Part shown: positions 1 to 15,593 of the stretch, piece by piece
How positions within the stretch are numbered: the stretch's first letter is position 1
Layout: each line of letters begins with the position of its first letter
Assembly (NCBI GenBank): GCA_951406725.2
Contig: OX597816.1
Coordinates: 117,118,001-117,182,000 of the forward strand
Direction: 5' to 3'
Length of the DNA: 64,000 nucleotides
Origin: Octopus vulgaris
Taxonomy: Eukaryota
Translations under genes and position numbers: made by a program
The notes under the pieces: generated by a model
What the model saw: the letters and a program-made list of their open reading frames with translations, nothing else
Databases searched by the model: none
Told to the model about the DNA's origin: nothing

Positions 1-631
1 AATTTGACACGAGAACGAAAGACAGATATATGCTTGCATATGTCTGTTTTATATTATATATATATATATATATATTAATATTAGATGTATGTATAAATAC
101 ATATATACTTATAAATATAAATGTATGGGTGTGTATGTGTGTGAGGGACAGAGAGAGTGAGAGTGTGTGTGTGTGTGTGTGTGCATAAATGTTTTTTTGT
201 ATATGCACATACATGTACATAAAATCACTCATGCACATATATATATATACACATATGCAAATATACACATATTACAAACATATTTTTGTATAACACACTA
301 GCACATTAGAGCAAAATATTTGATCTGAAGGTAAGGACCATGTACGTATATATACATATATATAGATAGATACATACATACTGATGTATGAATATAGGCA
401 GATAGACAGGCAGATGCATAGATGTATATGTATGTGCATATATGTGTGGTGTGTGCATGTATATATTTATGTGTGTGTGTGTATATGTACATATGTATGT
501 ATATATATATGTGTGTGTGTGTATATATATGTGAATATTTGTGTGTGTATATATATATATATGCATATATATATACACACACATATATATATGCTTATAT
601 ACACGTATACATACATGTACATACATACACA

Positions 632-755
<124 letters not shown>

Positions 756-1879
756 AAGAGAGACATTCATACATATATATCGTACATATATATCATACAC
801 ACACACACACATATATACAATTTTTTTTGTCAAGGCTGAAAATATGATATACATATTTTTAGAATATGAAATATTTATAATTTTTTATTTCATTTTATTT
901 TATTTTATTTTTACCTAAGTCATGCTTTAACAATAAGATGTGACAACTGTGGAGGAATTCAGCATTCAGCTACCATTTTCATCTTTTAGCTCCATGGGAG
1001 ATTTTCAACCTTTCAATATTAAAATAGACATTTTTCGCACAAAGAACATACCTTCTAGAAAACACTTCTTTTAGCTAGCTTTCAATGTTAAAGAGCACAA
1101 AAAAAGGTAATGAAATCACTGCCATTTTATGCATAAATAATATTTGCATGTTGTGTTTGGGTGAGGTTTTTTTTAATATGAATTAGGGGATAGGTTACAT
1201 ATACATATATATTTTACTAGAGAGGGTAGCATGTGTTGTTATTTATGTTGTTATGTTATTATTGTTGTTGTTGATGTTGCTGTTTAGATTAACATTTATT
1301 TGCTTAAGTCCTGACCTAGAAGTGTAATTTATTAATACTGGTAAACATTACTTCATTAAACACTAATAAACAGTCCCAGGCGATGAGAGAACAGAAAGAG
1401 TGATATTCGTTCATATGCATAATACAAGCACAAATACACAGATATATATATATATATATATGCATACACAGACACCTATGTACACACATACATACATATA
1501 CATATGTATGCCTGAGATCTTCAATGAATAATCAGTTAACTTTCTACTTTAATAGTAAAACTCTATTAACTCACACTCATGCACTTCAAACCTACACTGC
1601 TGCCACTAACATCCATACATCAGCCAAGCACACATGCACTCTCTCTCTCTCTCCCTCTCTCTCACTCACTCTGTCTCACTCTCTTTCTGTTACATATATA
1701 CAGATACACATAAACAGATACACAAGCTTACATGCATAACAGAGGCAAAATGATACACACAGTCTCACACACACATATAAGTAAGAAGAACTACAGCGGT
1801 GAATAATATCCAAACTTGCTATCACTCACACACACACACATATATACACAAGCATGCACATACGTACGTGCGTGCACAT

Positions 1880-1911
<32 letters not shown>

Positions 1912-2095
1912 TCACACACACACACACACACAACCAAACACATACACACTGAAACATACACATAAGCACACACATATACAGAGAGAGAGAGATAGAAAGA
2001 GAGAGAAAGTGAGAGAAAGAATGATAGATAGATAGATAAATAGATAGAGAGAGAGAGAGAGATAGACAGACACACACACAGATAGATAAATAGAT

Positions 2096-2195
<100 letters not shown>

Positions 2196-2210
2196 CAGAC
2201 AGATATCAGA

Positions 2211-2430
2211 TACAAGGGGGTATTGAAAAGTTCCTGGCTTTATGAGTATTGCAAAGAGCCTGGTTGGAGGCCCAACGTTCCAAGTTCTTTTACAGGGCTT
2301 AGAAAAACTGAAGGATCATTGCAATAAGTGAGTGAATCTGAGAGGGGTATATGTTAAATAACATCATAATCAGCTAACTTTCCTGTATTCTCTTTTACTG
2401 GAGCCAGGAACTTTTCAGGACCCCCTCATA
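2211..2430. mobile_element. Tc1/mariner-derived MITE
   Basis: TIRs TA-caagggggtattgaaaagttcctggc ... gccaggaacttttcaggaccccctca-TA, with a TA target site. A related copy lies at 23011-23162. Confidence 0.8.
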
Positions 2431-2520
2431 GATTTGTGACCAAACAAATAATAAGGTGTTATATCTGTGTGCATGTGCATGTGTATGTGTGTATGTATGT
2501 TTGTATGTATGTATGAATGT

Positions 2521-2584
<64 letters not shown>

Positions 2585-2589
<5 letters not shown>

Positions 2590-2920
2590 ATCCAAACAAA
2601 GAACGAACAAGAAAAAACAATAATGTGATACAAGTACTGTATTATCAGATGCTCAGGAAAGGAAAGAAAGAGGATTTTTATGTTTCGAACAAAGCTCTTC
2701 TTCAGAAAAATATATATATATATATATATACACACACATATATATATGTAACTACACATGTGGTATTGGTGATTTTTTTATTTTTTGGGACTTTTCTGTT
2801 TTCCTATTCGACAAAGAGCTACACTTGGAACATCAAAAACTTACTGTTTACTAAGTGCCAAACTAATACATTCTGTTGTTATGTGTTATTGTTATTTGTA
2901 ATGTTCATTTATTCGATTTG

Positions 2921-2922
<2 letters not shown>
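2585..2922. mobile_element. Two opposed Penelope-like terminal fragments within (TA)n
   Basis: Minus strand 2705-2680 reads CTGAAGAAGAGCTTTGTTCGAAACAT, a hammerhead-like core. A decayed plus-strand relative lies at about 2790-2920. Both are flanked by TA repeats. Confidence 0.5.
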
Positions 2923-2954
<32 letters not shown>

Positions 2955-3251
2955 TATCTTTATTATATATATATTAAAGGCATTGCTCCAGCATGGTGAC
3001 AGTCAAGTGACTGAAACAAATGTATATATATACACATATTATATATATATATATCGTATACCTATGCACAAATATATATATTATGTAAACATATATATAC
3101 ATAGAAGTAGATATAGCTATATATACATATAGGTGTATAAAGTTAATCCAAACAAGAAAGCACAAAAAACGCAACTACGTGAGGATGTGGAACAAGTGTA
3201 TACATCTCTATATATAGGTATGTATACATACCTTTATATATATATATATAA

Positions 3252-3334
<83 letters not shown>

Positions 3335-6300
3335 CATCAAGATTTGATTGGTCAGGAATGAAAACATTATGTACAGAACACATCATGTACAGAACACATG
3401 GTCTTTTATCTATTCACATCCAAAACACACTTAACGTTTTCATATCTCCATTTTGGTGTGTAAATGACTCTTGCTGAAATTATAGTGTCGATAAATATAT
3501 GACTAAATGCAAGAAATGCATTCACTGATTCTGCAAAAAAGCACTTTGGAAAGACTGTTGTTTTTCAACAGCTATTGCTTAAATCAAAAAGTGTTCTGAA
3601 TGGCAATTAGCAGTGAATATGGCCTTTGTACAGATCAAATATGTCCCAAACATATTTGAACTTATCTAAATGCTTGTTTACTCACAGCACTGCTTTTGTG
3701 TTCCAACTACAATATTTTGTTTAGCCAGGGCTGGTGTCATGCATGATCGATTCATGTTTTGATGCTGATTTACAATGAGGAAACAAATGTTTTCAAAGTC
3801 ATTTCTGGATTGCTTCTCTTGTGATACATGGAGCTGATGATAGCCATGAAGCTAGAAATATATTCAGTAATCCAGCAAGACTGAAACAACTACTGGTGTT
3901 TTTCAGCAACTACTGCCAAAAGTGAGAAAGATTCTCAGGGGCAATTAGAAGTGAATACAGGTTAAATACACCCCAAACATTTTTGAACTGATCAACATAT
4001 ATAATTGTTTTTGAAATGTAGGACCATCTTCAGAGAATGGCAAATCTATTTTCTAAGAAATAAAAAAAATGTTAGCTAGTTAGTTGAGTTGGTAGATCAA
4101 ATTCTTTAATAAATATTGGTTGGAAATGTCTGTACACTAATTTTGATCATTTGCAACCAAGAATCAAAGGAGGTTAGGCATGATATAAATGAATATACAA
4201 GTTCTGATCAACTCCAAAAGCTCACAAAACCTTACTGGAGCAATACTTAATCAAGATAACAGAAGGAAAGTCCATCCAACTGGTAGCATAAGGCATAAGA
4301 CCCAACTGGTACACATTTTGTAGTATGGGCCATCTCTAGAGAGCTCAAAAAACATACAAAGGGAGAGCAACAGAGCAAGAAGCAACAAATATTGGTGCCA
4401 GAAGCTTCTGTTTGCAGAACACCACCAATCGCAGTATTCTTACTAACTTTAAGTATGAAATTCTCAAATGCTGCAACAAAGTAGTTAGCAAAATTATGAT
4501 GCTGCCAAATAACACTGAAGCCTTGGGATCTGTGACAAAGAATTTGAGATCCAACCTTTGAAAGCTAGACATTGATCTAGAACTGTATGTAGTGCAGAAA
4601 ACCCACTCACCAGGCCCAGTAAGAATTATCCAGAAGGTACTTGAAACAAAGATGAGAACAGATACGAGTAACATAAACGGAATTTTATAAAAGGAACAAA
4701 TATTGCTCCTTATTCTACTCCATTAGTTGTTGTCTAATAAGAAGCATAATTAAACTGGTTGATTATTTAAGTCATTTATCAGTTCTTCATATACTGTATG
4801 AAGAACTATGAAAATCATGAAGGTAGGTGAGGACTCAGATTTGAAAGTTTTGCTTATGTACCCCTTAAGTTTATGTTTCTTTTTTGGAAATTATACTTGA
4901 AACAACATTCTTGAAATTATATTCAAAATAACATTGCTTTACAACAAAATTTAAGACAATATTTTAAAAAATAATTTACAAAAAATAAGTTACCTACAAA
5001 TATTCATTTATTTCCTTTGACTAAAATTTAATATTAATAATAATGAAATTTTATTGTTAAAAATCAATTATTTTACAGAACTTTTTTGTTTTTATTCATT
5101 TTGTTTTGTTTGTTTGTTTTGGCAGTTATTCTGTGTAGATATATAGGATATTTCCATTTAACTGGAAATAAAATATAATAAAGTGTAGGAACATATATGT
5201 AATGATACAGATGCACAGAATATTAAACCTTTTACATATTATAGATTTGAAACAACATCTCAAAACCTGATAACTAACCATATCTTAAAGCCATGCTGAT
5301 AACATTTATCTTCATAAACTAGCCAATCCACATTATAAACAAACCAAGTTGTTTTAACCAAAGCACCAAGATTTTGTCATCGTTATTTCCACAAATAAAG
5401 GTTATACCTGCAGAGAATGTTTAAAAAAAATAAATAGAAACTCTTTGAAAACTGCTGTTCCTGCCAACAAAACAATAACCGTTCTGATGAATATTTGAAT
5501 TATATCAAGTGCTGACTTCACAATAGCCTTATCGGTGAGAGTGCAATAGCAATACAGGAATTACTTCACTGCCTGCTGGCTGTATCAGCATTGATAATCC
5601 ATTATGACAGCATGTAGCGGACATATGAGATATTGGTTGTCCATGAAAGGAAAGACACATACTGATTGCTCGAAATATCAGAAAATCATGTACATGGCAC
5701 TTATTAAACTGGTCTGTTGCCACAGATGTTAGGAAGAAAACAAGAGGAAAAATTCAATTAATGCAGTCCATTCACTCATCATTTCTCACACAAATTATCA
5801 GCAATTATAACAAGTCAAGTCAAAGTCTCAGAGTCGTGACTGTTAGACAAGTGACTAAGAATGGAAAAACATCTGTTTATTTGGATCACGTTTATTACTT
5901 GTCGAAATGATAATGAGGGTAAGAAATAAATTAGTCTGAGTATTAAATCAGTCACAGACGATGCTGGAAAAATGGCAAAAGTTCTATTTTGGTTGATTTG
6001 ACAAAATTAATGTTTTATATACGGCAATGGAAATTAAGTACATGGCTATTAAAGACAAACAGTGATAATCTGGTTGAGTGAGAACATGATATATATATAA
6101 CCAGTTGGCTAAATGTTGCTTATAAATCTCAGTTGTCTGATATATTGGCTTCTAATGATTCACAATATTTCTATTCAGATATTTCTTAAAGTATGCGACA
6201 TATGGCTCACCAGCTAAATTAGTATCATCTTCGAACATATTTTTCTTTTCACTGTTTCCATTGAGAATGACATGTATGAATGCATTTGCATGTCTCTGTA

Positions 6301-6534
6301 TGAATGTGCGTATTTGCATCTAGATATTTGCTTATATTTGCTTATATATATGTGTGTGTGCATGTGTTTCCCTGCTGTTGTTGTTTAGCCCAAGTCAACA
6401 CAGAAGCCATACAGCAAAAGTGCTCCAGCTATGACTTTTCCATTTTTTATTCTAATTATTGTTGTTGTTGTTGTTATTATTATTATTATTATTGCTATTA
6501 TTAGTATTATTATTATTATCATCGTCATCATTAT

Positions 6535-6737
6535 TAAGGTGGTGAGCTGTTAGAATTGTTAGCATGTTGGGTAAAATGCTTAGGTATTTCGTCCATCTTT
6601 ACACTCTGAGTTCAAATTCCACCAACGTCGATTTTGCCTTCCATCTTTTTGGGATTGATGAAATAAGTACCAGTTGAGCACTGGGGTCAAGCACTGGGGT
6701 CCCCACAAATTTCAGGTCTTGTGCCTATAGTAGAAAG
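6535..6737 (+). mobile_element. tRNA-derived SINE with Deu/Nin-like central domain
   Basis: ggtgagctg..gagttcaaattcc (B box)..gccttccatctttttgggattgatgaaataagtacc. Many copies occur in the window. Confidence 0.75.
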
Positions 6738-6738
6738 G

Positions 6739-6803
<65 letters not shown>

Positions 6804-6805
6804 TG

Positions 6806-7360
6806 TATGAAAACTCACAGCTTATTTTGCTGGGTATGATGGAAAGTGTCAGCTGTCCACAGCTAGCAGACTGAGGTAACACTTGTTTACTGATCATGCT
6901 TCAAGAACCCTGTGAAGAATCCTTGCAGTTCCAAGTAATGTTGATTTTTGTAGGTGTTCTACCTTCACACTTGCACCAATTTTTTCAACCATGCTGGTTG
7001 TTGAGTGCTGATACTTCCAAGCGCACCAATTACTATTGGTATCACGTCTACTTTCTTCATTGACGACAACTTTCATATTTCCCATTTTAAATTGTCATAA
7101 TTGTTTATTTTTACTTCTTCTTTCTCATTGATCCTGTTGTCACCGGGGCAGGCTATGTAGATTATCATACATGTTCATTCTTTTTTATTCACCACAACAA
7201 TGTCCGGTTTTCAATGTCTGGTTGGATGATCACACTGGATCATTACATCCCACAGGATTTTGCAATTCTCGTTTTTGGTGACTACATCTGGAGTTTGTTC
7301 ATACCATGTCTTTGCTTTTTGTAGGCCATGATTTCCACAGAGCTGCCAAGGGATCATTGT
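6806..7360 (-). mobile_element. 5'-truncated R4/Dong-like non-LTR retrotransposon (RLE endonuclease C-terminus)
   Basis: Decayed translation KTWYEQTPDVVTKNENCKILWD..KPDIVVVNK..IACPGD..LQKSTLLGTARILHRVL (PD-type nuclease). Both ends abut (TAA)n/(GAT)n runs. Confidence 0.75.
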
Positions 7361-7368
7361 TTATTATT

Positions 7369-7403
<35 letters not shown>

Positions 7404-7794
7404 TATCATCATCATCATCATCATCATTATTATGATATATACCATTGACTACATGGAGCAATATGTCTTTCTTTAAGTCTGAGAAAGAGGAAGGATATTT
7501 AACGGATATTTCTAGCAATGTATCAGTGTTCACCTGCTCTGCTATTGGGGTCTGAGAAAAGGATAAAAACTGAAAATTATTCTAAGTCACTGTAACCTTT
7601 TGTCTTCACATTTGTTTAAGACATGCTATCATATTCTGGAGGCTCCACAGTTATAATCTAATTGACATCACCTTCTGCTGAATAATTTCCCTTGTTCCTA
7701 CTGACAATCCCGAGAAACTTAGGAAAACATACATACATATTCATACATACATACATACATACATATATATATACACACACACACATATATATAT

Positions 7795-7832
<38 letters not shown>

Positions 7833-7857
7833 CTTATCAATCCATTTCTTCCATTCA

Positions 7858-7999
<142 letters not shown>

Positions 8000-8441
8000 A
8001 GTTACAAGTTAGAGGTTATGCAACCATCTAAGTGGTAAATGTATCCATAGACACTACTTCTAATTGTAATATGTTGCTCCATTTCTTCTCTTATTTTTCT
8101 GTATATATATATATATATATATACACACACATATGTATGTATACATATACATATGCACACACACACACACAGGAATAAATGCTTGTTTTTATGCCTAGTT
8201 ATAATAAAGATTAAACTGAAAAAACTACTCACAAAATTTTTTGTAGAGAACATATTTATTATACATTTAGAAGAGGGTGACAGTAGCTTCAAAGTTTCAA
8301 CCTACTAGTCTTTTTTTCAGAATGTCTGAACAAAGGCTAGCAAACCAAAACCTCAAAATCAATATCACTATTTTTCTAATAAAAACATATAAATATACAT
8401 ACATACAGACATACATCAGACATACTCACATAAACACATAC

Positions 8442-8479
<38 letters not shown>

Positions 8480-8482
8480 ATA

Positions 8483-8622
8483 GTCTTTTCAACTCTAGGC
8501 ACAAGGCCTGAAATTTTGGAGGATAGGTCCAGTTGATTAGATCGACCCCAGTATGCAACTGGTACTTAATTTTTCAACCCCAAAATGATGAAAAGGCAAA
8601 GTCAACCTCAGTGGAATTTGAT
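8483..8622 (-). mobile_element. Deu/Nin-domain SINE fragment
   Basis: Reverse complement of the 6535 family (ctggtacttaattttt..gatgaaaaggcaaagtcaacctcagtggaatttga). Confidence 0.7.
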
Positions 8623-8629
8623 ATACGTA

Positions 8630-9410
8630 TATATTATATTTTGTTTTTGCCAAAAGAACACACACTCTATATGTTCGTTCTTCACACATTATTGTTCTTA
8701 TTTTATCTTATGGCCACTGTCTAGAAATCTTTCATCACACATCTGTGACTTCTTCAGTGACCTTTTCCATCAACGTGTATCCTCCTGCTCAACCTGGGCC
8801 ATATGTATGTGTACATATATACATACATATACGTTTATCAATTCATTTTGCAAGATTCGTGATGTGAAATTGTGTGTTGAAACAGATATTGTTGTATTTC
8901 GAGATGGTCATTTTATTTATTTATTTTTTTCTTTTTTTGCCAAATAAACACATGCACTACATATATATTTTTTCTTCACTCATTTATTACAGGTCTTATT
9001 TATTTTTTTTTATGTCCATTGTCCGGAAATCTTTCATTATACATCTGTGACCTCTTCAGAGACACTTTTCATTTCTGTGTGTGTTCTTGCTCCACTTACT
9101 CCATTCTTTTCCTCTAAGATGTTTATCCTTATATGCGCATGCATTTGTGTCCTTGTTTGTGTATGTGGAAGGGTGCATGTATGTATGTGTATGTGTATGC
9201 TTGTGTGTGTGTGTCATAGTTTTTAGCAGCAGTGTGGCCTTCCACTCAGCCCCATCTTCACACCCCAATGTGCTGCTGCTACCAAGAAAAAAGGAATAAG
9301 ACTAGTAATAAACAAGTGGAGAAAAAAAAACATATATAGTGTGTGTGTTTATTTGGCTAAAAACATAAATAAATAAATAAAATGACCACCCTGAAATACA
9401 ACAATATATA
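8630..9410. mobile_element. Penelope-like remnant with direct and inverted partial terminal repeats
   Basis: Direct repeat 8715-8770 / 9017-9074. Inverted repeat 8887-8990 / 9304-9410. Minus-strand CTGAAGAGGTCA...TGACCATCTCGAAA motif. Embedded in TA/CA repeats. Confidence 0.45.
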
Positions 9411-9467
9411 TAAACAATATATATGTGTGTGCATGTGTGTGTGTGTGTGTGTGCATGTGTGTGTGTG

Positions 9468-9563
<96 letters not shown>

Positions 9564-9590
9564 TATATATACATGCATATATATATATAT

Positions 9591-9810
9591 ATCATCATCA
9601 TCATCATCATCATCGTTAAACGGCCGCTTTCATTGCTAGCATGGGTTGGGCAATTTGACTGAGGACTGGCAAACCAAATGGCTGCACCAGGCTCCAATCT
9701 TGATCTGACAGAGTTTCTACAGCTGGATGCCCTTCCTAATGCCAACCCCTCCAAGAGTGTAGTGGGTGCTTTTATGTGCCACCGGCATGAGAGCCAATCA
9801 GGCGGTACTG
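9591..9810 (-). mobile_element. SINE 3' part with V-domain-like core and (GAT)n tail
   Basis: (cat)n-cgttaaacg..catgggttgg..ctacagctggatgcccttcctaatgccaacc. The same family occurs at 13745-14052, 16697-17030, 17665-17900, 33779-33925, 56600-57037, 61424-61530 and 63795-64000. Confidence 0.75.
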
Positions 9811-10890
9811 TATATATATGAAACCAAGTGGTTAGGCTCACATTTATAAGACCGTTGTTTCCATTTCCAGACATGGTTGTGTATTACAACTTTGAGCAAA
9901 AGACTTCATTTCAAATTGCTCTGGTCTTCCTTCCAACCTGAAAAGAAATACAAACAACAGCTAGGGAGCTAATTCTGCTATGGACTGCCTTCTCATTCAA
10001 AAGATAATATTACATTCTTGAACATTTATATGCCTTGGAAGCCAGGATAAGCTCCAGTTTAATAAGGCTGTTGGCTTATGACAAACCTAAGACCCAAGCT
10101 AGATCAATGCCTGAAACAACTGCAGTGATTAATAAAAATTCTTATATTTCCCATTTTCCAACCTAAACAAGGAGGCCATCTAGAAGAGTTGCAGGAAGCC
10201 ATGGTTGAAGCCAATGGCGATTTTATTAAATAGATTTACTCTTTAGTATTTCAAGATATTTTAAAGTAGTTTTGGTAAATATATCTGTTAAAATGAGATG
10301 TCAGTGCTATTTTCATTTTTGATTAATTTAGATGATAGTTTTTTCACCACACCCTGTGTGTATGTGAGTTTGTGTGTATAATGCAACAAAAGCATATACA
10401 TAATCATGCAGACACATATATAAATATTTTGTGTGTGTAGTTTGTGGGGGTTGGGGTGAGTATATGTGTGTGTGTAGTTTGTGGGGGTTGTGGTGAATGT
10501 GTGTGTGTGTGTGATATCTGTGTGAGTTTTCAAGTGTCTGTGTGTCACTGTGTATAAGCATGCCTGCTGTTCTTATATGAATGCATGTGCAGTTTTAATT
10601 ACATGTATGTCTGTTACTATGATGCTTTGGTGATCTCTACAGACAACAGTCCTGAATGTTACTGTGTTGGCTGAAAGTTCCAGAAGAAAATCCTTGTCTT
10701 ATATCTTCATAATATTCCTGGAGGCTTCATTACATTTATACTTCCTTCCTTCTTTCCTACATATCTACATACATTATACATACATATCTTCCTACATAGA
10801 ATTACACGTGCACAGACGCACACATGTATATCTATGTAAATTTATACATATATATATATAGATGTACACACATACATATATACATAATAC

Positions 10891-10945
<55 letters not shown>

Positions 10946-11953
10946 CATGTATGTATGCAGGTATGTTTGTATGTAGGTACACAGGTAGATATGCATGTAT
11001 ATATGGATGCTTACATATACATATACATATACATATGCATGCAAGCATAGCTACATATACATACATGTATACACTTGAACTTGTGTGTACACACACACAC
11101 ACACATATAATGAAAAAATAGGCATATGTGTGTATATATGTATTTATGTATGCATGCATGTATGTACGTATGTATATATAAATAGATACATACATACATA
11201 TATACATACATACATACATGCATACATGTGAGTGAGTGAGTGTGTGTATGTACGTTTATACATACATAAACACATATGTATACATCTAGGCATGAGCATA
11301 CATAGATAAACACACACATACGCACACATACAGACAGATACTTACATGTACATGTATAATCCCATTCACTTATACATACACCCCAAAGTCTCAAAGCCAT
11401 AAAAGTATATACAGAAACACATGAATATTCATATACATTTATATATACATTTACAAACATGCGTGCACACACACACACACACACACATACACACATACGT
11501 GCACACACGCACACAAATATATACACACATGTGTGTGAAGATGCACATACATACACAGAGCCAGTCTGGTCTTCATTTTATGGTGATAATTAGGAAAAAC
11601 AATCATCAGGGCTCGGAGGCAGAGCATGGATAGTTTCATAAAAGTATCAGTTTTGTTAATGAGATGAATGTAAATTATGGCACTACACAACCCCTAATGG
11701 CACTGTGAACAGTGGCAGGATGGAGAATCACTTTGGAAATTACAGAAGAAATTATAAATACACACACACACATGTCTACACACACACACACACTCATACA
11801 CACATATACAAACACAATAACACACATACACTCACACACACACATACAAATACAATGACACATATTTTCATTTATATATCTACTAATCTCTCTCTCTCTC
11901 TCTCTGCATATATATATATGTGTGTGTACACACATACATATATATATATGTGT

Positions 11954-12059
<106 letters not shown>

Positions 12060-12077
12060 CTACCACATCATCTTTAT

Positions 12078-12128
<51 letters not shown>

Positions 12129-12229
12129 CACATACATTCATGCACACACACATACACACAAATCCATTAAATAATCAAGTATATCTAAATATATATAAAC
12201 ATATTTGTATATACACATACATATTTGGA

Positions 12230-12292
<63 letters not shown>

Positions 12293-12384
12293 TCACAAAA
12301 AGCATATACGCACATATACATAGACACATCTACCTACATACAAATACTTTTATACATTATAGATGTCACATCTATAACATTCAC

Positions 12385-12430
<46 letters not shown>

Positions 12431-12677
12431 TATATACATATATATATACACATATATATATACATATATATATATACATATATATATATGTATACATATA
12501 TATACATATATATATATGTATACATATACATATAACATCTAAATACATATATAAGACATCTACATTGTGTGTGTGTATGTGTGTGTGTGTGTACATATAT
12601 GCGTGCATGTGCATGTTTGTGTTCATATGTATACATACATATCTACACCTATCTATTTATTCATCTCTCTTTCTCTG

Positions 12678-12715
<38 letters not shown>

Positions 12716-12739
12716 GCACATATATACATACATATATAT

Positions 12740-12799
<60 letters not shown>

Positions 12800-12861
12800 G
12801 TATCTATATAAGATAAATATTTAAATATATATGTATATATGTATTTATATATACATATGTA

Positions 12862-12922
<61 letters not shown>

Positions 12923-13603
12923 ATATAAGATAAATATTTAAATATATATGTATATATGTATTTATATATACATATGTATGTGTGTATATATATACATATG
13001 TGTGTGTGTGTGTGTGTGTACATATATAAGTATTTATGTATACCCAATGTGCACTGAAAATATTGTATACACAGTATGTGTGCCTGTGCTAGCTAGTAAT
13101 ATGTGAAATGTAATAATGATAATAATGATAAGAGCAATGATGTGACATGGAAAAAAATTAATTAAATGAAAAAGAGAAGCAAACGGAAAACAAGAAGAAA
13201 ATAGAAATAGAAGGTATGAAGGATAATGAGAGGCTAGAAATGGTGGGAGAGTAAGTGATTAATGTAAAATAATAATAGAACAATAAACTAATAATAATTA
13301 ATCAATCAGAAAAAATATGTAATTAAGCAATAAAAGGCAACAGCAATCATAAACATAAATACATTCCCATAATTAACACCAACAACAGCAACGATGCTGA
13401 CAACAACAACAATGACAGTGGTAATAGCAATAATAGTTGCAATAATACAAATAACAAAAATAAGAACAACTATAATAATGATGATGATGATGATGATGAT
13501 GATACAAATAATAACATTAATAATATATTGGTTATCTATTACATTGTTTGGTTCACTAACACAATAATTTCTGAACACAGAGATGTTCACTCACACACAT
13601 ACA

Positions 13604-13677
<74 letters not shown>

Positions 13678-13679
13678 CA

Positions 13680-14850
13680 CTAGCTGAAGGTGACCCGCTC
13701 TATGCGCGGGTAAGAGTATGGTTGTTACTTTCTGTTGCTTCCTTTCAGCACGTAAAAAACACCATTCAAACGTGGCCGATTGCAGCGCCGCCTTGACTGG
13801 CTTCTGTGCCGGTGGCACGTAAAAATCACCAACCGATCGTAGTCGCTGCGAGCCCTCCTGGCACCTGTGCCGGCGGCACGAAAAAAGTACCCACTACACT
13901 CACAGAGTGGTTGGCGTTAGGAAGGTCATCCACCTGTAGAAACACTGCCAGATCAGACTGGAGCCTGGTGCAGCCTCCTGGCTTCCCAGACCCCGGTCAA
14001 ACTGTCCAACCCGTGCTAGCACGGAAAACGGACGTTAAACGATGATGATGATTTCTCCCTCCTTTCTCTCTCAATTTCCCACTCTGTTACTCTTCCTTTC
14101 TCTCGGACTCTCCCTCGCTTTCTCTTACTTTCTATCTTTATCTATATCTCTCCCATTTATAAACAACAAAAGATCTTGAGTAAGTTGAGAAATAAAATAT
14201 TTAGAAAGATCAATCATAGATATCAGGCAGTAACAACGGAAAGGTCTGCTTCAAGGCAGACAGCAAAACACTAACATTTAAAAGGGACAGACGAACTTGC
14301 GAGCTGAATAAAAATAATAAAATATTGGAAACCAAAGTTTGAAGGGATAGAATCTGAGGATAGTAGAGTCACCATGGCTGGCATTTCTTAACGACGGACA
14401 GCAACGTATTGACAGTTTAACGGCTGGCGTAAAATTTTGAACTTGATGTAAAAGAAAATCCCTAAACACCAAGTTTTGAATTGATTCTTTCTCACGACAG
14501 TAGACTCACCATGGCAAGCATTCAAAACTTCTTCATCATGGACGGCAACACATTGACGATTAAAAGGCTGGCGCAAATTTTTTAGCTTGATGTAACAGAG
14601 AATTGCTAAACACCCGCTCCTTTAAATTTTAATCCCCTTCAAGCCCCATTTAGACCCCTTTTCACATTTTGGTTAATATAACCCGATTTCATTCGGGTCT
14701 ACTGGGGTCACATTTTATAAGATGAGGAATTTTGTCCTAGAGGTCACGCCTTTCATTTGAGGAAAAAAATAGTTGTCATGCAAACTTGCCAGCACTTTTA
14801 ACATAGTTGTGCATATTTTCAGCTCAACCAACCGACCGCATAATGCACAC

Positions 14851-14883
<33 letters not shown>

Positions 14884-15593
14884 TTATTACGTATATATTG
14901 TGTGTTGTGTGTGTGCACGCAAATATACAGCATGTACACAATTATATTTCAACAAAGACAAGGTTACTGCTTACCAGTCGAATTCAGAGATAAAACCGCT
15001 AATAGGCACGTATGAAAGACAAACAAACACACACAAATATATAACATACATACATACATGCATATATATATATATATATAAAATATATATATATATATAT
15101 ATATATAAATACAGATATATACACTTTGTATATATACATTATATATACATATTTATATATAGAACACACACACACACACACACACACATATAAATGAACG
15201 CAAGAAATATCTGATTCCTAATATTTGTTAAGCTGCTGGAGTTATTTCTCTGACGGGTAATAAGAATTTCCATATCCTCCGAGGAAACGAACTGTTGACC
15301 GAGACAATTAGAATGAATTTTAATAAAAGCATCAATTTAATAAAAAATAATAAAGTAGTACAAAATGAAAATTTAGCACGAAAAATTTGCAGGGTTCTAA
15401 ATAAATGTTAAAATGTAATAGATACGAAAAACCAATGTTATCACCTTTTAAGATAGGGATTTCTAAGGTAGCCCACGGGCATCGTCACCTCATTTTACAT
15501 GTCCCTGTACATTTTGGAGCGAATCGGACGGGATGTAGTGGCATTGAAAGCGAGCCAAGCGGTAAAAACGCATTTCAGTTTTATATAGAGAGA
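13680..15593 (-). mobile_element. Non-autonomous Helitron-like element with nested SINE and internal repeats
   Basis: The minus-strand 3' end is hairpin ACCCGC-gcataga-GCGGGT followed by CTAG|T. The 5' end reads A|TCTCTCTATATAAAA at about 15593. Continuity of the interior is inferred. Confidence 0.6.

Noticed and set aside
4100-4680. 109-aa minus ORF and a possible decayed gag-like knuckle on the plus strand
   Set aside because: No recognisable domain or splice context, and the plus-strand similarity is too degraded to support.
12785-12980. ~118-bp-period duplication; considered as a CRISPR-like repeat-spacer pattern
   Set aside because: Only two copies of low-complexity AT sequence in eukaryotic DNA. 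Slippage explains it, and no array or cas genes are present in the window.
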